Source: Bacteriovoracaceae bacterium (lineage in GTDB: Bacteria > Bdellovibrionota > Bacteriovoracia > Bacteriovoracales > Bacteriovoracaceae). From it: a DNA stretch of 22,080 nt. Positions 9,692 to 17,341 of this stretch are shown one piece after another. The notes beneath the pieces are model-generated. The model did no database searches and was not told the origin of the DNA. It worked only from the letters and a program-made list of their open reading frames with translations. Location of the stretch: positions 1 through 22,080 of the forward strand of contig JBFGZE010000056.1 in NCBI GenBank assembly GCA_041586955.1, written 5' to 3'. Made by a program: the position numbers and the translations under genes. The stretch's first letter is position 1; each line of letters begins with the position of its first letter.

Positions 9692-9949
9692 AGGAGTGTC
9701 TTAACCTAGAAAGGAACTTTTGGGGGGAAATTGCACTTGGGGAAGTAAATATTTCATGCCTATCCGGAAGGCCGACTCGTGCTACAGTGTGACCTAAGCT
9801 GACCTGCCTCATGACCTAGTATTTTAAATAGATTTGGTGATCAAAAATAATAAAGAATCTAAACTTCGAGGCCATGATAAACTGCCATCAAAGAATTATT
9901 GATAAAAATATAGTGGTCAATGAATTAGGCCGAAAGGGAAAATTTGACT

Positions 9950-9979
9950 TTGTTTTTTTGGTTTTATTTATTTTATAAT
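9950..9979 (+). promoter_or_regulatory. Putative sigma70 promoter for the tandem GNAT gene
   Basis: Perfect TATAAT at 9974-9979 with TTGTTT at 9950-9955 (18 nt spacer), about 25 nt before the start codon. AT-rich context lowers specificity. Confidence 0.4.
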
Positions 9980-10004
9980 AAGAAGATTTAAAGGGAATTA
10001 TTTG

Positions 10005-11054
10005 ATGTGGTATCCGCCTACCTTGATGACCGATAGATTGATATTAAGATCTCTTTCTAGAAAAGATGTAAAAGATATTTTTTCCTATGCTCATAAACCT
10101 ATTATAACCCAGTTCACTCTTTGGGCGCCTCACAAAACTCTAGCTGACTCAAAGAAATATATAGACCGATACGTGATGGATTATTATAGGGAAGGAGTTC
10201 CTGAGCCTTTTGGGATTATAGATAAAATGACAAATCAATTAATTGGCACGGTAGGCTGCTTCTGGGTGTCCAAACAAAATAAATCTATGGAATTAACCTA
10301 TGTTCTTTCTGATAAGCAATGGGGTAAAGGAATTATGGTAGAGGCCTCACTGGCAGTTATTGATTATTGCTTTAAATTATATGGCCTTCAGAGAATACAG
10401 TGCCAATGCAAAGCGGAAAATATAGCATCCTACCGAGTGATGGAAAAATTGGGAATGGTTTTTGAAGGCGTTTTGAATAATGAATTATTTCACCGGGATT
10501 GTTATTGGGATATGAGATCTTACTCTCTATTAAAGAAAGAATGGCTTTTAACTCACCGAAAAACGGGGCATGCCTTTATCAGAAAAGCTGAAAATGGTGA
10601 TGAGAAGGGAATTCATTACGCTCATATGAAATCAATTCAGGAGATTTGCGTCCAGGATTATACGCCCCAGCAGATTGCTGCGTGGGGGAAGGAAAAGTAT
10701 AACTTTAAAATGAGAAATAAAATGATTACCCAAGACCATGTTTGGGTCGTGGAATTGAATGGCGAAATCGAAGGTTATGGCCATTTATTCATTGTCGATA
10801 AGGAAAAACACGCTGAAGTGATGGGATTGTACTTAACCCCGAAAGTCATCGGATTAGGCCTAGGACAAGAGTTATTGTTTTATATAAAAGAGATGGCGAA
10901 AGTCTTGGGTGCCCATGAGCTTTATCTTTCCTCAACCAAAACATCAAAGCGTTTTTATGAGAAACATGGATTTATGCAATATGAGGATAATAAATGCTTT
11001 AGCATTGCTGGCGTAGAGTTTGAAGGCCATCCAATGCGTCATATCTTTTCCTGA
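10005..11054 (+). CDS. Tandem GNAT acetyltransferase (RimJ/RimL-type N-domain plus a second YafP-like GNAT domain)
   Basis: N-domain TDRLILR, QWGKGIMVEA, ENIASYRVMEKLGM. C-domain DYTPQQIAAW, LYLTPKVIGLGLGQELL, FYEKHGF. Start ATG 10005 or TTG 10002. Confidence 0.85.
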   Translation: MWYPPTLMTDRLILRSLSRKDVKDIFSYAHKPIITQFTLWAPHKTLADSKKYIDRYVMDYYREGVPEPFGIIDKMTNQLIGTVGCFWVSKQNKSMELTYVLSDKQWGKGIMVEASLAVIDYCFKLYGLQRIQCQCKAENIASYRVMEKLGMVFEGVLNNELFHRDCYWDMRSYSLLKKEWLLTHRKTGHAFIRKAENGDEKGIHYAHMKSIQEICVQDYTPQQIAAWGKEKYNFKMRNKMITQDHVWVVELNGEIEGYGHLFIVDKEKHAEVMGLYLTPKVIGLGLGQELLFYIKEMAKVLGAHELYLSSTKTSKRFYEKHGFMQYEDNKCFSIAGVEFEGHPMRHIFS

Positions 11055-11167
11055 TTTTTCTTAGGAGGAGAGGTTTATATGCTTTTGTTGCGGAGGGTGT
11101 TAGGATTTTGTTATAGTTTAAATTGCCTAATAATATCTTCATCTTAATGGAGAGAAAAGGAGAATCA

Positions 11168-11608
11168 ATGATAACAATAATTATTAATGGCCTCATTCTT
11201 TTATTGGTGGGATCTTGCGCTCAAATTAATCAAGAATCTAGGGAGCATCATTTTAAAGGTCGAGCTATGAGGCATGGGTTTATACCACTTGAAAAAAAGA
11301 CGGTAGAAGAAGAAGAATCTAAAAAAATTATTTCCTATAATGTTGAAGCAGCAGACAGAGGAAAAGTTGTTTACCGTAAAAATTGTATGGAATGTCATGG
11401 CCAGGAAGGTGAAGGGGATGGTCCTCGTGGTAAGAAGCTCTATATGAAACCGGCCAATTTAAAAAAAGCAGTCCACGCTGTTCCTGACTTTAGCTTCTAT
11501 ATGTCAATTTCGGAGTGGGAGGGGGAAATGCCAGGTTGGGAAAACGTTTTAACCGATAAAGAGATTAAAGATGTCAGTGAGTATATTAAATCCCTGGCCA
11601 CGAAATAG
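11168..11608 (+). CDS. Class I monoheme cytochrome c, probable lipoprotein
   Basis: Single CxxCH (CMECHGQEGEGDG), distal Met in GEMPGW, lipobox-like LVGSC. Start revised to ATG 11168 with AAAGGAG SD. Confidence 0.85.
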   Translation: MITIIINGLILLLVGSCAQINQESREHHFKGRAMRHGFIPLEKKTVEEEESKKIISYNVEAADRGKVVYRKNCMECHGQEGEGDGPRGKKLYMKPANLKKAVHAVPDFSFYMSISEWEGEMPGWENVLTDKEIKDVSEYIKSLATK

Positions 11609-11610
11609 CT

Positions 11611-12948
11611 CTAAATTGAATCAGCTTTCTTATTGAGGAGAATTTGCCTTATAATCAAAAAGAAAGAGAGAAAAAGGAAGGGAAAGCCGGGGATGATAGG
11701 TAGAAAGGCTCCGGTAATTCCAATGATTAAAAAAACAATTGCCAAGATGAGGTTTAATATCGTTCTCAGTTTAGAATTGACATTTTTTAGTTCGCTTTCC
11801 TGAAAAATAAACGCCATTGAAAAGTTAGAAATAAGTGCCAATACGATGTAAAAGAATAACATTTGTAATTTTTGAAAAAGAGAAAAATTTTCACTAAAAG
11901 ATTTAGTATCAATTCTTTCACAACCAACTTCGATTAATTTATCAATTTCTTGTTCTAAGTTCTTAGCAAAGGTCTCTGAGTAAATATTGACATTCATCTC
12001 TAAATTACCCTGATAACTGGTATAATTGAGGTTAAAAGATCCAATCGTCGACCATTTTCCATCAACTGTCGCCAATTTCCCATGGAGAATGGATTTTTCC
12101 CATTGGTAAATTTCGACTCCCTTGTCCAAAAATTGGTGAAAAAGGTATTGCGAAGCGAGGACCCAGCTTTTCCAATCAGAATGTTTCGGCAAAATAAGAC
12201 GTACTCTCACGCCTCTCTCGCTTGCCGCGACCAGCTTTTTTATGAATTTTTTTCGGGGAAAGAAATACGAATTGATAATGGTTATACTGCGCTGGGCCCC
12301 ATCGGTAATTTGACTGTACTCTCTGGTAATTTGCCTCCTATTATTGACCCAATCATTAACAGAAATTTTGGCATCCATTCCCATTGGGTGAGAAATAATA
12401 GGACAGGGAGCATTAAATGTTAATGGCTCGTAATAAGATTTTTGGAAAATATTTTGGCAATAAGCAGTAAGCCCTTTGGTAATAGGGCCCTCAATGCCAA
12501 CAGCAAAGTCCAAACGAGGGGACTTAAATAGTGTATCCACATAAGCTGAAATGATATTAATTCCGCCTATTATTGCTTTATTACCATCAACTAATAAAAT
12601 TTTATGGTGCAATCGACGACCCCAGCGGAAAAGAGTTTTAAGGCGAATACCATTAAAACGACAAAAATAGATCCCTGCTTCTTTTAATTGTTGCTCATTT
12701 TTAAAGGGGAAATCCTTAGATCCAAGACCATCAATAAGCAGGTAAATTTGAACTCCTCTTTTGCTGGCTAGAATTAATTCGTTATGAATCTTTTTACCAA
12801 ATGCATCCATACTGAAAATATAAACTTGAAGGTGGATACTTTTTTGGGCCGTTTGAATGAGTGTTAAAATCTCGATATCATAATCCTCCCCATCGTAAAA
12901 AAACTTTACGAGATTATGTTTCGTCTTTTTATAATATCTATTTTTCAT
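11611..12948 (-). CDS. clsB: ClsB-like cardiolipin synthase (phospholipase D family) with extra C-terminal membrane segment
   Basis: Two HKD motifs (LHHKILLVD, LHGKLATVD) and no N-terminal TM helices. Start revised to ATG 12948, overlapping the end of the upstream ybhP-like gene as in the ybhP-clsB operon. Confidence 0.8.
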   Translation of the reverse strand: MKNRYYKKTKHNLVKFFYDGEDYDIEILTLIQTAQKSIHLQVYIFSMDAFGKKIHNELILASKRGVQIYLLIDGLGSKDFPFKNEQQLKEAGIYFCRFNGIRLKTLFRWGRRLHHKILLVDGNKAIIGGINIISAYVDTLFKSPRLDFAVGIEGPITKGLTAYCQNIFQKSYYEPLTFNAPCPIISHPMGMDAKISVNDWVNNRRQITREYSQITDGAQRSITIINSYFFPRKKFIKKLVAASERGVRVRLILPKHSDWKSWVLASQYLFHQFLDKGVEIYQWEKSILHGKLATVDGKWSTIGSFNLNYTSYQGNLEMNVNIYSETFAKNLEQEIDKLIEVGCERIDTKSFSENFSLFQKLQMLFFYIVLALISNFSMAFIFQESELKNVNSKLRTILNLILAIVFLIIGITGAFLPIIPGFPFLFLSFFLIIRQILLNKKADSI

Positions 12949-13687
12949 AGATTTTAATCTCTGAGTATATCGCCAAATGATCGGATAAAGAGCGTTTACT
13001 AACATTTTCCATGGTATAGGCGTCTAAGGCCTTGGCGTTTTTGATATAAATTCGGTCGAGATATAAAAAGGGTAAGAATGCGGGAAATGTCTTTGCATAG
13101 TTTCCGTGGGTCACTTTGTGGACTTCCTCCATTCCCAATTCGTGTTCAAAAATTTCGGGGGAACGGTTATTCCAATCATTAAAATCACCCGCTAAGATAC
13201 ATGGGATATTCTTTCCTCGAATTCTATTATTGATTTCGTTTTTGATTTTTTCATATTGTTTGGCCCTTCCTCGGTGAAATAGATCAAGGTGGGCACACAT
13301 GGCATAGAGTTTTTTATTTCCGAAATCTGGCAAGCTTATTTTGCAGATGAGGAGTCCTCTTTGCTCTAGAATATTTGTTGATAAACCAATATTGGTATAT
13401 TCCTCAATCGGATATTTGCTTAAAATTAGATTCCCATGATGGCCATGATTATAAATGGCATTGCGAGCGTAGGAATAATAGGTCCAAAGATTATCGGCAA
13501 GAAACTCAAATTGCTGATCAATATGACCTTGCTCTTTGAGTTTATTATGTTCACCGATAACTTCTTGAATGAAAACGAGCTCCGCTCCTGAGACTTCAAT
13601 TAAGTGTTTAATCTCTTGCAGAATGAACTTTTGGTTACTCCAATTAAAACCTTTATGAATATTATAACTCAGAATTTTTAATTTCAT
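12938..13687 (-). CDS. Endonuclease/exonuclease/phosphatase family protein (YbhP-like)
   Basis: LSYNIHKG, FIQEV, HGNLILSKYPI, CAHLDL, AGDFNDW, LDRIY and LSDHL motifs. Directly upstream of the clsB-like gene. Confidence 0.9.
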   Translation of the reverse strand: MKLKILSYNIHKGFNWSNQKFILQEIKHLIEVSGAELVFIQEVIGEHNKLKEQGHIDQQFEFLADNLWTYYSYARNAIYNHGHHGNLILSKYPIEEYTNIGLSTNILEQRGLLICKISLPDFGNKKLYAMCAHLDLFHRGRAKQYEKIKNEINNRIRGKNIPCILAGDFNDWNNRSPEIFEHELGMEEVHKVTHGNYAKTFPAFLPFLYLDRIYIKNAKALDAYTMENVSKRSLSDHLAIYSEIKIYEK

Positions 13688-13693
13688 GTTGTG

Positions 13694-13699
13694 ATTATA
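13694..13699 (-). promoter_or_regulatory. -10 box (TATAAT) 6 nt before the ybhP-like ATG, suggesting a leaderless transcript
   Basis: Minus strand reads CTC-TATAAT-CACAAC-ATG with no SD sequence. Confidence 0.5.
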
Positions 13700-13772
13700 G
13701 AGCGAAAAAAATAAATTAAGTAACTTTATTTATTTTAATTACGATGCTTTTACTGGACTAAAATGATAGTAC

Positions 13773-14999
13773 TTAGGAGTCCTCACTTTTACGTAAAAAC
13801 CCCTGGTCGATAGCAAAACCTAGTCTCACCAGAATGGATAATATAAAAAGACCCATACCCCAAATGCCAATACTGATTCCTATTTCGATAAGTGTTGGAT
13901 GATATTCGACATATTCATGTAAGGGAGAAGGAATAAACCCAGGGATAATAAGGCCCATTCCTTTATCGATCCAAATCGCAATAAAGAGTAGAGCACACGC
14001 AGGATAAAGAATGTATGGATTTTTTCTAAAGCGATGAAAAGTGAGTGTAACAGTGACAAGAATATTGAGAATGATTGATGTCCAAATCCAAGGAACGAGA
14101 GCATTTAATTTACCGATTCCAAAAAATAGATACATAGCGCTGGCGCTATGTTCCGTTGGGTTGTAAAACTCTTTAAACAGTTCACTGCCGAGCATAATTA
14201 AATTAATTTGAGCGGCCGCTGTTATGATGATCGCCAACTTGTTGATAACCTCAGTGTCAACTTTAAATTGGCTAAATTTTTTAACGGCCCCTAAGAGTAC
14301 AAGAATGAAAGCGGGTCCACCGGCAAAGGCAGATGCTAGAAAACGAGGACCTAAAAGTGAATTATTCCAAAATGGTCTAGCGGGAAGGCCAGCATAGAGA
14401 AAGGCGGTTACTAAGTGAATTCCTAACGCCCAAAAGATACTTAGGAAGACAAAGGGGAGATAAAACTTTTTATTGGGGACACGCCCATGATAGCGCTGAA
14501 ATAAGATATACATGGGAATGAACATGTTGAGGAGCAGATATCCATTGAGTACGATTACATCCCATGCCAGCATTGATTCGGGCCAATTAAAATAACCGAT
14601 CTTGGGGATAAGATGCCAAAGTCTATGGGGCCCACCCATATCGACTGTCACAAAGGCCAGGCACATGAAAAGTGCGCCGACGGCAACACCTTCCCCGATC
14701 AGGACGACTTTATGAAAATCGACATCCGAAAAAATATAGGCCGGTAATACGAGCATGACGGCCGCGGCTGCCAGCCCAACTAGAAAAGTAAAATTAGATA
14801 TATAAAGACCCCAGCTAACATAATCATTCATACCTGTGACGATCAGGCCTTGGTCCAATTGAATGAGATATAGGCCTGCGCCCATTAACATTAGAAAAGT
14901 AAGAAAACCCATCCAAAGATGGTATATCCTCTCTCCGGTTAATGAATAGCGAAGGCAATCAAAGAAGAAATTGGTAAATTGTCTATAAAATATTCGCAT
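13773..14999 (-). CDS. NrfD/PsrC-family quinone-interacting membrane protein, DsrP-like (about 10 TM)
   Basis: 408 aa. VSWGLYISNFTFLVGLAA, FVTVDMG, WDVIVLNGYLLLN, IHLVTAFLYAGLPARPFW and PRFLASAFAGGPA closely resemble DsrP sequences as I recall them. Last gene of the nap operon. Confidence 0.88.
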   Translation of the reverse strand: MRIFYRQFTNFFFDCLRYSLTGERIYHLWMGFLTFLMLMGAGLYLIQLDQGLIVTGMNDYVSWGLYISNFTFLVGLAAAAVMLVLPAYIFSDVDFHKVVLIGEGVAVGALFMCLAFVTVDMGGPHRLWHLIPKIGYFNWPESMLAWDVIVLNGYLLLNMFIPMYILFQRYHGRVPNKKFYLPFVFLSIFWALGIHLVTAFLYAGLPARPFWNNSLLGPRFLASAFAGGPAFILVLLGAVKKFSQFKVDTEVINKLAIIITAAAQINLIMLGSELFKEFYNPTEHSASAMYLFFGIGKLNALVPWIWTSIILNILVTVTLTFHRFRKNPYILYPACALLFIAIWIDKGMGLIIPGFIPSPLHEYVEYHPTLIEIGISIGIWGMGLFILSILVRLGFAIDQGFLRKSEDS

Positions 15000-15002
15000 A
15001 AA

Positions 15003-16034
15003 TTAATCCATGTAATACCAGAATTTAGGTTCTGTTCCCAATTCCTCTTTGAGTCTAAATACTTTTTTATTTTCGATGATATAGCGAATGTCACTATTAG
15101 GATCGAGTATATTGCCGAAGACTCTCGCTCCAGTGGGACACGCGTCAACACAGGCCGGGTTTTCGCCCTTACGAGTTCTTTGGACACAGAAATGACATTT
15201 TTCCATTGAGCCTTTTGATTTTTTGCGATTGCCCAAATAATGCTGGTTAGGATTAATTTGCTCGGCCGGAACATGGGGCTCGCCCCAGTTGAAGCGGCGT
15301 GCCCAATAGGGGCAAGCTGCTTCACAATAACGGCAGCCAATACACCAATCATAATCAACGACAACAATTCCGTCCTGCTCTTTCCATGTTGCACCGGTTG
15401 GGCAAACTGGCACACAAGGCGGATTTTCACAATGCATACATTGAGTACCAATATAAAATTTATCATCTTGTGGTACTTCATGAAAATAAGCAGCATCGCC
15501 ATTCTCTAAATTGATTTTTCCATGATCCATTTCAAAAACTTTGATATATTGCATATTGGAATCACGGTCGAGGTTATTTTCTTCAACACAGGCCTTGATG
15601 CAATCCATATAGCCTTCACATTTAGAGATGTTAAACGCGTAACCGAAGAGAACTCCTGGAATTGGTTCGGCGCCTGAGACTTGAATATTTTCATTACGAT
15701 TGAGTTTGGCAAGCTCTTCTAGACGTTTTAGGGTCGCCAAGCGCTCCTTTTTATTCATCACGCGATAATTGCCTTTAAAGTATTCTTCCCATTTTAAGGA
15801 CGCAGATTGTCGCGTTTTTTCATCAAGTAGAGCAGTTGGACCTACCGCCATCAATGAGGCGCCCGCTCCCGCTGATGCAGCAGCTCCTCTAAGGAAATTT
15901 CGCCGCCCCATAGTGCGACCTAAAAGTTGCTTGGCCCCAGACTCCTCATGGGAGCAGCAGTTTGCCTGGTCTCGGCCATGGTCACACTTTTTGCCTTTTA
16001 AAAAACGATTTAAAAAATCTCTTATTTTTTTCAT
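15003..16034 (-). CDS. NrfC/DsrO-like periplasmic iron-sulfur protein with twin-arginine signal
   Basis: GRRNFLRG Tat motif. Cys groups CEGYMDCIKAC, CMHCENPPCVPVCP, CIGCRYCEAACP and CHFC..PACVDACP. Typical ending LKEELGTEPKFWY. Confidence 0.9.
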   Translation of the reverse strand: MKKIRDFLNRFLKGKKCDHGRDQANCCSHEESGAKQLLGRTMGRRNFLRGAAASAGAGASLMAVGPTALLDEKTRQSASLKWEEYFKGNYRVMNKKERLATLKRLEELAKLNRNENIQVSGAEPIPGVLFGYAFNISKCEGYMDCIKACVEENNLDRDSNMQYIKVFEMDHGKINLENGDAAYFHEVPQDDKFYIGTQCMHCENPPCVPVCPTGATWKEQDGIVVVDYDWCIGCRYCEAACPYWARRFNWGEPHVPAEQINPNQHYLGNRKKSKGSMEKCHFCVQRTRKGENPACVDACPTGARVFGNILDPNSDIRYIIENKKVFRLKEELGTEPKFWYYMD

Positions 16035-16049
16035 TACTACCTACTTTGG

Positions 16050-16652
16050 TTATTTAATCCAACGGGAACCGTTTGGATTAATACTAGGCCAACGGGGTTT
16101 AAAGCTGGGGTCATGGGGGTTATGGCAATCTGTACAATTATTCCGTACTATTTTTCCATGCCAACCACCAACTCGTTTGCCGTGAGCGCCCTTAGACCAG
16201 TCTTCAACTTGTTGAAAATGGCATTGTGTACAAACTTGGTAGGGGTGATTGATAGACACGGTGAAATGATTTAATGTTTTTAATTGCCAAACTCTTTTTG
16301 GGTCATGACAGGTTGTACAATTCATAACTTCCTGACTTGCATGCTGTAAAATAATCTCTGAATGTTGGGTGACGCCTACTTGGTTTATGATTTTTTTTGA
16401 TTCATGACAATCTTTACAAGTATTTTCTTTGAATTGACTAAAGCGCTTTTGCACAAAGAAGTCAGTCTTCGTTTTCCATTTGGCCTTTTCATATTGAATA
16501 TCTTGGAGAAGTTCAGGGGAAATTTGGTCACTTGCCATCGATGATGTACCAACTTTTGCCTTTTCGATTTTTTTATTTAAAACACCATGATGGCCAGGGT
16601 GGCATGCTGCCATTAATATCGATAGGAATAATAGGTGGATTGCTTTCATCAT
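16050..16652 (-). CDS. Tetraheme cytochrome c, probable lipoprotein
   Basis: Four CxxCH motifs (CKDCH, CTTCH, CTQCH, CTDCH) with extra His candidates for distal ligation. Lipobox-like LMAAC. ATGA overlap with the upstream napB-like gene. Confidence 0.88.
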   Translation of the reverse strand: MMKAIHLLFLSILMAACHPGHHGVLNKKIEKAKVGTSSMASDQISPELLQDIQYEKAKWKTKTDFFVQKRFSQFKENTCKDCHESKKIINQVGVTQHSEIILQHASQEVMNCTTCHDPKRVWQLKTLNHFTVSINHPYQVCTQCHFQQVEDWSKGAHGKRVGGWHGKIVRNNCTDCHNPHDPSFKPRWPSINPNGSRWIK

Positions 16653-17341
16653 AATTGACCTCTCTCCCAGGGGGTCTCTTCAAGAGCGGAAACGTGGCAT
16701 TGCAGGCAATTGACTCTCTCTGGATGAGTTACACGAATGGCCTTGATGCTTCCCTGTCCCGAATGGCAGGAAAGGCAAGTTTCGCGCATTTGCAGAGAAT
16801 GAGGGATGGTAGGGGGAGAACCTTTAAGATGAGATTTTCCAAGTTTTGCAGTTGTCGGTTTATGCCAATTGATATCCTTAAATAAAGAAGTCGTCCGCTG
16901 TGGAACGTGACATTGTTTGCAATTGGTGAATTCAGGATGAGGAGTAACTGGTGCATAGGCCTCAAATTCCGCTGCAAAACCACCATTGAGATGACAATGC
17001 AGGCAATTTTCAAAACTACCATTCATCGATGTTTTTATTTGATGGGGAATGGTTGGAGGAGCACCCAAATAGGCACGATTTTTATAAAAACTATCTAGGT
17101 CTCGTTTGCTATTGGGGTTATTTTTGGTTTCGGGATATTTATTCCCTTCTTTCAATCCATAATACATACCAGCTTGTGATTCTAAGGGCCTATCAATCCC
17201 TCTAAAATCTGTCAGTACCTCTTTTTTAAATGGGCCATGAGAATCAAAGTCAAAAACTTTAATCATAACCCAGATAAAGGAGACCATAAGCATTAGGGCA
17301 ATACCTAAAAAAATGGGGGATATTTTTGTTTTTTTGCTCAT
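16649..17341 (-). CDS. napB: NapB-like nitrate reductase cytochrome c subunit, internally duplicated (four hemes)
   Basis: Two NapB-type repeats PPTIPH..CLxCH..HPE..NCxQCHV (CLHCH, CKQCH, CLSCH, CLQCH). N-terminal hydrophobic anchor. ATGA overlap with the napA stop. Confidence 0.8.
   Translation of the reverse strand: MSKKTKISPIFLGIALMLMVSFIWVMIKVFDFDSHGPFKKEVLTDFRGIDRPLESQAGMYYGLKEGNKYPETKNNPNSKRDLDSFYKNRAYLGAPPTIPHQIKTSMNGSFENCLHCHLNGGFAAEFEAYAPVTPHPEFTNCKQCHVPQRTTSLFKDINWHKPTTAKLGKSHLKGSPPTIPHSLQMRETCLSCHSGQGSIKAIRVTHPERVNCLQCHVSALEETPWERGQL

Noticed and set aside
12949..13005. Longer ORF-track starts for clsB (13005), ridA (1182) and the cytochrome c (11123)
   Set aside because: They overlap upstream genes or lack an SD; the downstream ATGs fit better.
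14939..15502. 187-aa alternative-frame ORF spanning the Fe-S and NrfD genes
   Set aside because: Overlaps two well-supported genes, has no motifs, and neither real gene looks frameshifted.
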